Positions 42,684 through 52,299 of a stretch of 64,000 nucleotides of DNA are shown piece after piece. Position 1 is the stretch's first letter. Every line of letters starts with the position of its first letter. The notes under the pieces are model-generated. The model did no database searches and had not been told where the DNA came from. It saw only the letters and a list, made by a program, of their open reading frames with translations. The stretch is taken from positions 128,001 through 192,000 of the forward strand of contig CAWHFW010000001.1 in assembly GCA_963828735.1 (NCBI GenBank), given 5' to 3'. The DNA comes from an uncultured Gemmatimonadales bacterium (lineage in GTDB: Bacteria; Gemmatimonadota; Gemmatimonadetes; Gemmatimonadales; GWC2-71-9). The translations under genes and the position numbers were made by a program.

Positions 42684-44219
42684 CTAACCCTCCGGCCGCA
42701 TCGCGGGGAACAGGATGACGTCGCGGATCGACGGCTGGTCCGCGAGCAGCATGATCAGCCGGTCGATCCCGAGTCCGACACCCCCCGCCGGCGGCATTCC
42801 ATACTCGAGCGCGCGGATGTAGTCCGTATCATACGGCTGGGTCTCGTCGTTACCCGCGGCCTTCTGCCGGCCCTGGTCCTCGAACCGCCGCCGCTGATCG
42901 TCCGGATCGTTGAGCTCACTGAACGCGTTGGCCAGTTCGCGCCCGCCGACGAACAGCTCGAAGCGCTCGGTCAGCGCCGGGTCGGACCGGTGCTCCTTGG
43001 CGAGCGGCGAGAGCGGCTTGGGGTAGTCGAGCACGAAGGTGGGCTGGACCAGGTCCGGCTCGAGGACGGTCTTGAACACCTCGTCCTGCAGCCGGCCACC
43101 GGTCAGGTCGGCGACCGTCTCGCTGTCGGCGCCCCGGGCGCGGAGCAGGCGCCGCATCTCCTCGTCGGTGGCGACGCGGAGGTCGAGCTCGCACCGGTCG
43201 CGCACGCCGGCGATGAAGTCGACCCGCGCGAACGGCGGGGTGAAGTCGAGCGTCGTGCCGTAGCGCTCCAGCCGGAGCGTGCCGAGACACGCCTGGATGA
43301 CGCCGCTCACCAGGCCCTCGACCAGGCGCATCATGTCGCCGTAGTCGGCGTACGCCTGGTACGCCTCGAGCATGGTGAACTCGGGATTGTGGGTGCGGTC
43401 CATCCCCTCGTTCCGGAAGTCGTGCCCGATCTCGTAGACCCGCTCGAGGCCACCGACCAGGAGCCGCTTGAGATACAGCTCGTCCGCGATCCGGAGGTAG
43501 AGCGGCATGTCCAGCGCGTTGTGGTGGGTCGTGAACGGCCGGGCGGCGGCTCCGCCGTAGAGCGGTTGCAGGATCGGCGTCTCCACCTCGAGGAAGCCCA
43601 GCCCGTCGAGGTAACGCCGCATCCAGGCGATGGCGCGGGCGCGGAGCTGGAAGACGGCGCGGACCTCCCGGTGCACCGCGAGATCCGCGTAGCGCTGGCG
43701 GTAGCGGACCTCGGCGTCGGTGAGGCCGCCGTAGGTGACCGTGCCTTCTTCGCCCACCTGCGTCTTGCCCCGCGGCAACGGACGAAGCGACTTCGAGAGC
43801 AGGGTCAGATCGTCGGCCCGGACCGACACCTCGCCTTTCTTCGTGCGGAAGAGGCGCCCCGTCACGCCGACGTGGTCGTCGAGGTCGAGCTGGTCCACGA
43901 CGGCCCATCGTTCGCCGAGGGCATCGCGTCGGAGGTAGACCTGAATCCTGCCGCTCGCGTCTTCGAGATGGAAAAACGCGGTCTTGCCCTGCGACCGCAT
44001 CGAGTCGATCCGGCCGGCCACGGAGACGGCGGGGCCATCCTCGCCCATCTCGTCGTGGTAGGCCGCGAGCGCGTCGGCCGCGGTGTGCGACCGCTCGTAC
44101 CGATAGGCGAAGGCCGGGACACCCGCGGCCTCGAGCGCGGCGCGCTTGTCCCGGCGCGCCGCCTCGACGAACGAGCGCTCCTCCCCGGTCACGCGGACGC
44201 CGCCCTCGCCGTCAGTCAC
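42684..44219 (-). CDS. lysS: Lysine--tRNA ligase (class II)
   Basis: [31 protein letters not shown] and [16 protein letters not shown] motifs. Confidence 0.97.
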   Translation of the reverse strand: MTDGEGGVRVTGEERSFVEAARRDKRAALEAAGVPAFAYRYERSHTAADALAAYHDEMGEDGPAVSVAGRIDSMRSQGKTAFFHLEDASGRIQVYLRRDALGERWAVVDQLDLDDHVGVTGRLFRTKKGEVSVRADDLTLLSKSLRPLPRGKTQVGEEGTVTYGGLTDAEVRYRQRYADLAVHREVRAVFQLRARAIAWMRRYLDGLGFLEVETPILQPLYGGAAARPFTTHHNALDMPLYLRIADELYLKRLLVGGLERVYEIGHDFRNEGMDRTHNPEFTMLEAYQAYADYGDMMRLVEGLVSGVIQACLGTLRLERYGTTLDFTPPFARVDFIAGVRDRCELDLRVATDEEMRRLLRARGADSETVADLTGGRLQDEVFKTVLEPDLVQPTFVLDYPKPLSPLAKEHRSDPALTERFELFVGGRELANAFSELNDPDDQRRRFEDQGRQKAAGNDETQPYDTDYIRALEYGMPPAGGVGLGIDRLIMLLADQPSIRDVILFPAMRPEG

Positions 44220-45320
44220 GCCGCCTTGCCTCCGAACCGCTTGAGATAGGCCTGGATGAACTCGTCGAGATCGCCGTCCATGACCCGCTGCACGTCGCCC
44301 ACCTTCACCTCGGTCCGGTGGTCGTTGACCATCGTGTACGGCTGGAAGACGTACGATCGAATCTGGTTGCCCCAGGAGTTGTCCGTCTTGGTCGCCTCGA
44401 CGACGGCGCGCGCGGCCTCCTGCTCTTCCAACTTTCGCTGGTACAGCGCGGCCCGCAACATCTTCATCGCGGTTGCACGGTTCTTGGTCTGGCTCCGCTC
44501 CTGCTGGCAGGAGACGACGACGCCCGTCGGAACGTGCGTGAGGCGCACCGCGGACGAGGTCTTGTTCACGTGCTGCCCGCCCGCGCCGGACGCGCGGAAG
44601 ACGTCCATCCTGATGTCCTCCTCGCGGATGTCGATCTCGATGGTATCGTCGATGTCGGGATAGACGAACACCGACGCGAACGACGTGTGGCGGCGCGCCT
44701 GAGAGTCGTAGGGCGAGATCCTCACCAGGCGGTGCACGCCCTTCTCGGCCTTCAGGTAGCCGTAGGCGTACTCGCCCTTGATCTGGATCGAGACCGACTT
44801 GATGCCGGCCTCTTCACCGGGCAGCAGGTCGAGGACGCTGACCTCGAATCCGTGCCGCTCCGCCCAACGGACGTACATCCGCATCAGCATCTCGGCCCAG
44901 TCCTGCGACTCGGTGCCGCCCGCGCCCGGATGGATGGTGAGCAGCGCGTCGCGCGCGTCGTCGGGCCCCTGCAGCATCGCCTGCAGCTCGAAGGCTTCGA
45001 CGGCCCGGCCGAGCGCGTCCGTCTCGCGTGCCACCTCGTCCAGCATCGAGGCGTCGGGCTGCTCCTCGAGCAGCTGGGCCATCTCGAGAGTGCCGGTGAG
45101 CCGCCCGTGCAAGTCCTCCCACGGCGTCACCCACCCTTTGAGCTTCTTGATTTCCTGGACCATGGTGCGGGCGCTGTCGGGATTGGCCCAGAAGCCCGCC
45201 TCCGCCTGGGAGGCCTCGAGGCCCCGCAGGCGATCGGCCTTGGCCGTCAGGTCAAAGAAAGTCTCGGAGTTCGGTGACGCGGTGCTGTAGCTCGGTGAGT
45301 CGCTCGACGAGATCGGCCAT
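44216..45320 (-). CDS. prfB: Peptide chain release factor 2 with programmed +1 frameshift at CTT TGA C (45251-45257)
   Basis: Short ORF MADLVERL...RDFL-stop then +1 frame with SPY and GGQ motifs; canonical CTTTGAC slippery site. Confidence 0.95.
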
Positions 45321-45473
45321 GCCGGATACCCTTGGGTCGTGAGAATGGTAGAAAAATAGTCGCACGTCAGAGGTCGCGGGGCGTCGAAGGGCGTGGAGGG
45401 ACCCGGCGCCGGGCCGGCCGGATCGCCTCCCCTGCCCCTGCAACCGTGCGCGACCTGCGACCTGCGACTCTGG

Positions 45474-46274
45474 CTAGAAGATCTGCCGACCGCCGGCGAG
45501 AATCTCGTTCAGCGCTTCCTTGAAGTATGGGGTGCTGTCGGCCACGTCCTTGCCGACCTGCTCCGCATACTCTTCCCAGCTCTTCCGGATCTCCTCGTCG
45601 AACAGCTCCTTGAGATTGCCGTCGCGGAGGCCTTCCTGCCGCTTGGCCGGGTGGTACACCACCATGTCGGAGATGAGCGCCCGGGCCAGTCGTCGCGCCT
45701 TGAGCGCGGGGTCCTGGGACAGGAACGGGTTGACCGGACGCGAGCCGCCGCCCGCGGGCTTGGGCGACACGGGCCGCGCCGCCGCTGGAGACGGTGGCGA
45801 TGACGCCACGCCTGCGGTCGAGCTCGCTGCCGCGGGCATGGCGGTCGCCGGCCGCGGCATCGCGGGGGCGGGCACCGTCGCCGGTGCCGCACCCGGTTTC
45901 GGCGTGCTGGTCGGAACGGCCGGTGGTGGAAAGGTCGCCGGGCGCGGTGCGGCCGCTGGGGGCGCAACAGGGGGTGGGGGTGCCATGGGTGCCGGGGCCG
46001 GCGCGGGGGCGTGGGGCGCCGGTGGAGGAGCCACAGGGGCCGAACGCGCCGGCTCTGGCCTCGAGGGTGGGGCCGGCGCCGGGGGCCGTGCGGGAGGGGT
46101 CCCGACCCCCGCAGGGCCGCCCGCCGCCGCCGCGGCTCCGGGCGCGACGGCCCCCTCACGGCCGACCGCAAACACGGCGCTGCAGATACTGCAGCGGGCC
46201 CGAACGCCGCCCTCCGGGACCTTGGCGGGGTCGACGCGATACACGGTGGCACAGTTGGGACAGCTGACGTTCAT
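45474..46274 (-). CDS. MJ0042-type zinc-ribbon protein with Pro/Ala linker and helical C-terminal domain
   Basis: CPNC...CSIC N-terminus, long Pro/Ala-rich linker, ARRLARALISD...EEIRKSWEEY C-terminus. Confidence 0.8.
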   Translation of the reverse strand: MNVSCPNCATVYRVDPAKVPEGGVRARCSICSAVFAVGREGAVAPGAAAAAGGPAGVGTPPARPPAPAPPSRPEPARSAPVAPPPAPHAPAPAPAPMAPPPPVAPPAAAPRPATFPPPAVPTSTPKPGAAPATVPAPAMPRPATAMPAAASSTAGVASSPPSPAAARPVSPKPAGGGSRPVNPFLSQDPALKARRLARALISDMVVYHPAKRQEGLRDGNLKELFDEEIRKSWEEYAEQVGKDVADSTPYFKEALNEILAGGRQIF

Positions 46275-46284
46275 CGCTCCATCC

Positions 46285-47268
46285 TCACGGCTGTTCTCTG
46301 GATCCAGCCCCGGACCGCTCCTCGCCGTTCGTTCCCTGGCGCCGGTCGACCACGAACACCGATCCCGGCAGAGTCTTGGCGTAGCTCTTCATCTCGGTGG
46401 CAAGCTCGCTCACCTGCGCCGGATGCGCAAACCGGCGGTGTCGATTGGTGACGATCCCGATCGAGAGCGTCATCAGGGGCACGCGGTGGAGCTGCCCACG
46501 GCGATCCTTGCCGAAGAAGTATCCCGCCCGCCGGTCCTGATCGTTGTACTGAAGCGGGATCAGGGTGTCGAACACGTCCAGAATCTCGCTGCAGACGGGG
46601 CTGATCTCCTCCGACGGCACCACGAAGATGAAGTCGTCTCCGCCGATGTGCCCCACGAAGCCGCGCGGGCCCAGCAGACCCTTCACGACGTCGTGCAGGA
46701 TCCGCGACAGCAGGTAGATCACCCGGTCGCCGTCGTAGTAGCTGTAGCGGTCGTTAAATTCCTTGAAATGATCCAGGTCCGCGTAGCACACCGCGAATTC
46801 CTGGTCGGACTCCAGCCGCCGGCGAATCTCGCGCTCGATCTCCGTCGTGCCCGGGAGGCGGGTGGACGGATGGACGGACACGTCCCGCTCGGTGCGCACC
46901 AGCATCGCGTCCAGGCGCGCGCGCTGCTCGGCGGGCGAGAAGATGCCGGTGATGACTTCGTCCGCTCCCGCCTCGAACCAGGCCTGGACCAGCTCCGCGT
47001 GGTGGTCCGCAGCGAGGACGGTCACCGGGACGATCGCCGTGAACGCATCCAGCTTGAGGCGGCGAACCAGGTCGACCCCGCGATCGACGGTGCCGTTCCC
47101 GTCCACGAACAGAAGACAGGGGTGCCCGCGGAGCACGATGGCCTCGACCTCTTCCGGCTGGCTGAATCCCAGCAGCGGGAACGTGTTGGTCGCCGCCCAC
47201 TGCCGCACCAGGGCGGGGACCGGGCACGCCTCCGGCGAAAAGAAGAGAATCGTCGGCCGAGTCCGCAC
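46285..47268 (-). CDS. Receiver-like domain + GGDEF (GGDDF) protein
   Basis: DLDHFKEFNDRY, GD and GHIGGDDF motifs; N-terminal receiver-like AGADEVI. Confidence 0.85.
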   Translation of the reverse strand: MRTRPTILFFSPEACPVPALVRQWAATNTFPLLGFSQPEEVEAIVLRGHPCLLFVDGNGTVDRGVDLVRRLKLDAFTAIVPVTVLAADHHAELVQAWFEAGADEVITGIFSPAEQRARLDAMLVRTERDVSVHPSTRLPGTTEIEREIRRRLESDQEFAVCYADLDHFKEFNDRYSYYDGDRVIYLLSRILHDVVKGLLGPRGFVGHIGGDDFIFVVPSEEISPVCSEILDVFDTLIPLQYNDQDRRAGYFFGKDRRGQLHRVPLMTLSIGIVTNRHRRFAHPAQVSELATEMKSYAKTLPGSVFVVDRRQGTNGEERSGAGSREQP

Positions 47269-47325
47269 CCATTGCCTCTCGTAAGGGTTTATCCGAAGCT
47301 AACTTGGACGGTCTTGCCCGCCAAG

Positions 47326-48947
47326 TCAATCGAGGTAGAAGGCCCCCACCACGACCATGGCGTAGACAGCGAGCAGCTGGACCCCTTCGAACCAGTGCGA
47401 CTCGCCATCCAACGTAATGATGGCCACGACTCCGGTGGCCACCGCCAGCGCGAGCACCTCGAACGGCTGGAAGACCAGGTCCATGGGCTGCCCCAGCACG
47501 ATACCGGCCACGACCAGTAGTGGCGCCACCAGGAGGGCGATCTGGGTGCTCGAGCCGAGGGCGATCTGAAGTCCGAGGTCCACCTGCCCCTTCCGCGCCA
47601 GCATCACCGCGGCGGCGTGCTCGGCCGCGTTCCCGATGATCGGGATCACGATCAGGCCCAGAAAAACCTTGGACAAGCCGAGCGACTCGGTGGCCTCGGT
47701 GGCGGAGTGGGCCAGGAGCTCCGACTCGATGGCCACGCCGATGGTGACGATCGCCATGATCAGCATCGCCTTCCCCGCACTCCAGACCGCGCCCTCGGGG
47801 GGTGAGGGTCCCCCCCGAAGAGGGTGCGGTGCGTTCGCAGGGTGAAGAGCAGCGAGCAACCGTAGGTGACGATGAGGATCCCGGCGACCAGCTCCGACAT
47901 GCGGTGCTCGGTCACGCGGGCAGCCGTCTCGGGGTGCACCGAGTGGAACAGCGCCGGGAAGACCAGGGCAACGACCGCCAGCGCCAGCATGCCGGCGCTC
48001 ATGCCGGCGCTCGTGCGATTGAACTTGAGCTCGGAGCGCTTCGCACCGCCCGCCACGAGGGCGAGCCCCAGGATCAACAGCAGGTTTCCGAGGATGCTGC
48101 CGGTGATCGAGGCTTTGACGAGCTCCACCAGTCCGAGGCGCAGGGCGGAGATCGCGATGATGAGCTCGGCGGCGTTGCCGAAGGTGGCGTTGAGCAATCC
48201 GCCGATCGTGGGACCCGTGTGGTGCGCCAGGTGCTCGGTGGCCTCACCCATGTAGCCCGCGAGGGGCAGCACGCCGAGACACGCGGTGATGAAGATCCAG
48301 ACCGGCGGGGCGTGCAGCAGGGCGAGTGCGACGCTGACTGGCACCGCGAGCAGCAGGACGGGACGCCACGGAATGCTCCGCGCGGACTGCTTCGGCGAGA
48401 GATGCGGTGCCGGCGTGCGGGACGGTCGCGCGTCGCCGGACTTTGGCCCCGGCGGGTTTCTCCCCGGAACCGGGGTCCGAGGCGTGGCGGTCGCGGCGAC
48501 CGAGGCCGTCCGGTGGCCGCCGGTGGCCTCGGTCAGGACCGCGCGCACCTGGTCGGGGCCGGCGCCCGCTTCCGCCAACATCTTGCCCATCGGCCCGCGA
48601 GGCTCGAGCAGCGCGGCCAGCAGCAGGTGATCCGCCGACAGTCCCGTGCCGGTTTCGCGGGCCTCCTTGGAGGCCATCTCGATCAGTCGCTTGGCGTGGG
48701 ACGTATAGGCGAGCTCGCCGGTCCCGCCGCGGGGCCTGCCGCGCCGGCCGCCGGCCTCAAGCCGCTGGCGCACCCGGTCCGCATGGAGGCCGAGCCGCTG
48801 AAGGACCGGTGGGCCGGCCCCTTCAGCTCCAAGCAGCGCCAGGACGATGTGCTCCGCGCCGATGGCGTCGTGCTCCAGCCGAATGGCCTCGGCGCGCGCG
48901 CCCTCGAGGGCACGTTGTGCGCTGGCGCTGAGCGTATGTGGATTCAC
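47326..48947 (-). CDS. Clp-N (Clp repeat) domain fused to a Ca2+/H+ exchanger (CAX/ChaA); 1-nt frameshift in G/C runs at about 47797-47816
   Basis: N-terminal AIGAEHIVLALL...YTSHAKRLIEMA...DHLLLA; CAX alpha-repeats FGNAAELII and IGNAAEH sit in different frames joined at G6/C7 homopolymers. Confidence 0.85.
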
Positions 48948-48970
48948 GCGGGGCGCCGGTCGTTCCTGGC

Positions 48971-49138
48971 TCAGAGCGGCTTCGCTTCGTCAATCAGCAT
49001 AATGGGAATGCCGTCTTCGACTGCGTACACGAGCCTGCAGGTGTGGCAGACGAGGGACTCGGGCGACTGGCGATGCTCCAGCTCGCCCTTGCACTTCGGG
49101 CAGACGAGGATCTGGAGAAGCTCGGGGGCCAAGGTCAT
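48971..49138 (-). CDS. Trm112/YcaR family small protein
   Basis: [20 protein letters not shown]...[27 protein letters not shown] overlaps the era stop. Confidence 0.9.
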   Translation of the reverse strand: MTLAPELLQILVCPKCKGELEHRQSPESLVCHTCRLVYAVEDGIPIMLIDEAKPL

Positions 49139-50001
49139 GAGGTCTCCGATTCTGGGAAGCCGAACCGGGTCAGGGCTGCGGCGCTCTTGCGCCAGTGCGG
49201 GAGCACCTTGACCCAGCAGTCGAGATAGACCGGGGCGTCGATCAACTCTTCGATGCGGCGGCGGGCACTGGCGCCGATGGCCTTGATGGTCGCCCCGCCC
49301 GCACCGATCACGATCCGCTTCTGGGACTCGCGCTCCACGTACAAGGTCACCCGAATGTACACGGGCCGTTCGGCTTCGCGAAACTCCTCCACCTCGGCCG
49401 TAAAACCATAGGGAAGCTCGTCCTCGAGCAGCTCGAAGGCCGCCTCGCGCAGGAACTCCACGACGAAGAAGCGCACGGGCTGGGTGCCGACGTCCTCCGG
49501 GTCGTACTCGTGCTCGCCCTCGGGCAGGCGTTCGCGCACCTGGGCGAGCAGGGTGTCGATGCCTTCCCGGCGGACGGCGGAGACGACCAGGGCTTCGCGC
49601 CCGAGCTCGGCGCGCCGCGCCGCGGGGAGGAGATCGCCCTTGGTGTAGACCGTCACCACGGCTGCACGCAGCGGCTGGTCGAGTCGGGCGAGCCGATCGA
49701 GTGACGGCGCCGGCGCCTGGTCCGCGGGATGCAGGTGGAGCACCACGTCCATGCGGCGGAGCGCGTCCAACGCCAGCTCGCGCATGCGTGTCTGCATCAG
49801 ATAGGAGGGCTCGAGCAGTCCGGGGAGGTCGTGGAAGATGAACTGAGTGTCGCCTTCGGTGCGGAGGCCCACCACGGGCAGCCGAGTGGCCTGGGCGCGC
49901 GGGCTCACAATGGCGAGATGCTGGCCGACAAGGGTGTTGAGCAGCGACGACTTGCCGACGTTTGGCGCGCCGGCGAGGGCGACGTGACCGGTTCTGGGCA
50001 T
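49135..50001 (-). CDS. era: GTPase Era
   Basis: [18 protein letters not shown] and TKGD motifs; KH domain [11 protein letters not shown]. Confidence 0.95.
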   Translation of the reverse strand: MPRTGHVALAGAPNVGKSSLLNTLVGQHLAIVSPRAQATRLPVVGLRTEGDTQFIFHDLPGLLEPSYLMQTRMRELALDALRRMDVVLHLHPADQAPAPSLDRLARLDQPLRAAVVTVYTKGDLLPAARRAELGREALVVSAVRREGIDTLLAQVRERLPEGEHEYDPEDVGTQPVRFFVVEFLREAAFELLEDELPYGFTAEVEEFREAERPVYIRVTLYVERESQKRIVIGAGGATIKAIGASARRRIEELIDAPVYLDCWVKVLPHWRKSAAALTRFGFPESETS

Positions 50002-50054
50002 GGGCGAAGTCTAACGGCGGGATCGCAAGGCGGAATGACGAGGGTGAGGGACGC

Positions 50055-50090
50055 AACGAAGAAGCCCGGCCATGCAAGCATGTGCCGTAC
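50055..50090. other. Probable chimeric/misassembly junction at about 50082
   Basis: gatA stops mid-domain and abuts half of a terminator-like hairpin; gene content changes from diderm to actinobacterial-like. Confidence 0.75.
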
Positions 50091-50617
50091 GTGGGCCGGA
50101 GGCCGACGTTGCCGCAGAGCGCCGACGGCTGCTTGATCGAGCCGCCCGTGTCGGAGCCGAGACCCCACGGCGCGAGCCCACCCGAGACGGCTGCGGCCGT
50201 GCCGCCGCCGGAGCCCCCGGGCACCCGGCTCGGGTCCCACGGGTTGTGCGAGGGGCCGTAGGCCGAGTTCTCCGTCGACGAGCCCATCGCGAACTCGTCC
50301 GTGTTCGTCTTCCCGAGCAGCGGCAGCCCTGCCGCCCTGCAGCGAGCCGCCACGGTGGAGTCGAAGACCGGGGTGTAGCCCGCGAGGATCTTCGAGCCGG
50401 CAGTCGTCTCGACGCCCTTCGTCGAGATCACGTCCTTCAGCGCGATCGGGACACCGGTGCCGCCGTCGAAGTCCACGAGCCGGAGGTACGCGTGCAGCTC
50501 GGGGTTGCGCTCGCCCGCCGCGGCGGTGTACGCGTCGTGCAGCTCGGCGGAGGAGACCTCGCCGCGCTCGAGCAGGCCGAGGGCATCCTCCGCGGTGAGG
50601 CGCAGCGTGTCGATCAC
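50082..50617 (-). CDS. gatA: Glutamyl-tRNA(Gln) amidotransferase subunit A, N-terminal ~178 codons only (truncated at the junction)
   Basis: [30 protein letters not shown] and [12 protein letters not shown] motifs; ends at GLRPTYGT. Confidence 0.9.
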
Positions 50618-50916
50618 GCGGAGACCTCGTGGCCGTGCGTGGGCGGCACGCGGAAGAGGTCTCCCTCCCGGGCGGGGGCGTTCGCGAACACGTCGTCGAG
50701 CGGAAGCGACGGGCGCGGCTCGTCGTCGTCCCAGACGTTGACGAGGTCGAGCGGGTGCGACGTCGGCGGGACGTCGCCCAGGTCGAGCTCGGCAACCTTG
50801 GAGACGGCGTCCAGGATGGCGCCGAGCTCGGCGGTGAGCCGCTCGACCTCGTCCGGTCGCAGGTCGAGCCGCGCGAGGCGCGCGACGTGCATCACCGTCT
50901 CCGCGTCGATCGCCAT
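50614..50916 (-). CDS. gatC: Asp/Glu-tRNA amidotransferase subunit C
   Basis: [17 protein letters not shown] and ANAP...FRVP motifs; stop overlaps the gatA start. Confidence 0.93.
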   Translation of the reverse strand: MAIDAETVMHVARLARLDLRPDEVERLTAELGAILDAVSKVAELDLGDVPPTSHPLDLVNVWDDDEPRPSLPLDDVFANAPAREGDLFRVPPTHGHEVSA

Positions 50917-50947
50917 CCGCTCACATCCTGCCCAAACGCCGTCGCCC

Positions 50948-51001
50948 AGTGGGGTGTCCCGCAACGTTCGACCGGAAATACTCGTTGCGGGACACCCCAC
51001 T
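50948..51001. repeat. Perfect 19-bp inverted repeat with 16-nt loop
   Basis: AGTGGGGTGTCCCGCAACG-N16-CGTTGCGGGACACCCCACT between cspA and gatC. Confidence 0.9.
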
Positions 51002-51044
51002 CCATGTTGATTGCTGTAGTGCGGCGTCTCACAACGTTAGACGA

Positions 51045-51064
51045 CGGGCCCCAACCGGGGCCCG
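51045..51064 (-). terminator. GC hairpin downstream of cspA, probable terminator
   Basis: CGGGCCCC-AACC-GGGGCCCG about 25 nt after the cspA stop; weak U tail. Confidence 0.5.
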
Positions 51065-51089
51065 CCGACGAAGCTCGAATCCGGTAGCT

Positions 51090-51293
51090 CTAAACTGCCG
51101 TGACGTTCGCCGCCTGGGCGCCCTTGGGGCCCTGGACGACCTCGAACTCCACCTTCTGTCCCTCCGTGAGGGACTTGTAACCGTCCATGGTGATGGCCGA
51201 GAAGTGCACGAACACGTCCTCGCCGCCCTCGCGCTCGATGAACCCGAAGCCCTTCTCGTTCGAAAACCACTTGACGGTGCCAGTCTCTGACAA
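51090..51293 (-). CDS. cspA: Cold-shock protein
   Basis: GTVKWF, KGFGFI and DVFVHFSAI motifs; TTG start with AGGAGG SD. Confidence 0.96.
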   Translation of the reverse strand: MSETGTVKWFSNEKGFGFIEREGGEDVFVHFSAITMDGYKSLTEGQKVEFEVVQGPKGAQAANVTAV

Positions 51294-51368
51294 CGAACGT
51301 CCTCCTGAAACGAGTACAGCCCCACCGATGAAGCCATACGACTGAACGAAGCGGCGAGAACGGTACCG

Positions 51369-52223
51369 TCAGGAACCGGGGAATGCAAGCAGTCCGCGGC
51401 GATACCGGGCGGCCTTCAGCGTCGAGACGAGGAGCATCGCGATCGTCATCGGACCGGTGCCGCCGGGCATCGGCGTGAGATAGCCGGCGACCTCCTCCAC
51501 GCCGGGGTCGATGTCGCCTCGGATACGCCCGTCCGTGCGCGTCAGGCCGACGTCGAGGCAGGCGGCGCCCGGCTTGACCATGTCGGCCGTGACGATCCCG
51601 GGCCGGCCGACCGCGGCGACGACGATGTCGGCACGGCGGACGTGCGACGCGAGATCGGCGGTCCTCGAATGGCACACGGTCACGGTTGCGTGGGCGTGCA
51701 GCAGCAGCATGGCCATCGGCCTTCCCACGATCTCGCTGCGGCCGATCACGACGGCCTCCTTGCCTACCGGATGGACGTCGTAGGCCCGCAGGAGCTCCAT
51801 GCACCCCGCCGGTGTGGCCGGCACGTGGATCGGCGTCCCGAGGTAGAGGTTGCCCGCGTTGACGGGGTGGAAGCCGTCGACGTCCTTCGCAGGTGAGACC
51901 GAATAGGTCACCTTCGTCTCGTCGATGTGCGACGGGAGCGGCAGCTGCACGAGAATCCCGTCGACGTCGGGGTCGGAGTTCAGGCTCGCGATGAGGGCGA
52001 GCACCTCCTCCTCGCTCGCCTCCGCGGGGAGCCGGATGTCGCGCGCGTCGATGCCCGCCTCGGTCGCGGCCCTCTGCTTTGAGCTGATGTAGACGTGCGA
52101 CGCCGGATCGTCCCCGACGAGGACCGTCGAGAGGCCGACGTGACCGAGCTCCGGAATCTCGCGTGCGACGTCGACGCGGATTCGCGCGGCGAGCTCCTTC
52201 CCGTCCATGCGCACGGCCGTCAT
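51369..52223 (-). CDS. folD: Methylenetetrahydrofolate dehydrogenase/cyclohydrolase
   Basis: VGDDPAS..Y, GILVQLPLP, KDVDGFHP, GRSEIVGRP and TPMPGGTGPMT motifs. Confidence 0.96.
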   Translation of the reverse strand: MTAVRMDGKELAARIRVDVAREIPELGHVGLSTVLVGDDPASHVYISSKQRAATEAGIDARDIRLPAEASEEEVLALIASLNSDPDVDGILVQLPLPSHIDETKVTYSVSPAKDVDGFHPVNAGNLYLGTPIHVPATPAGCMELLRAYDVHPVGKEAVVIGRSEIVGRPMAMLLLHAHATVTVCHSRTADLASHVRRADIVVAAVGRPGIVTADMVKPGAACLDVGLTRTDGRIRGDIDPGVEEVAGYLTPMPGGTGPMTIAMLLVSTLKAARYRRGLLAFPGS

Positions 52224-52299
52224 CGCCTGCGACTCTACGCGACCCGACCGTCCCGGCGAGCCGCAACCGGACGCACGTGCCGAGATCTACCCTGGCGTG

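Noticed and set aside
47797..47816. Phase variation or programmed frameshift in the cax G/C tracts
   Set aside because: Runs of 6-7 nt are short, and other single-base indels in the window point to homopolymer sequencing error; cannot be supported without reads.
48971..50617. 548-aa GatA-Trm112 fusion ORF
   Set aside because: Artefact of the junction: truncated gatA runs through an alternative frame of era into the separate Trm112 gene, which has its own ATG at 49138.
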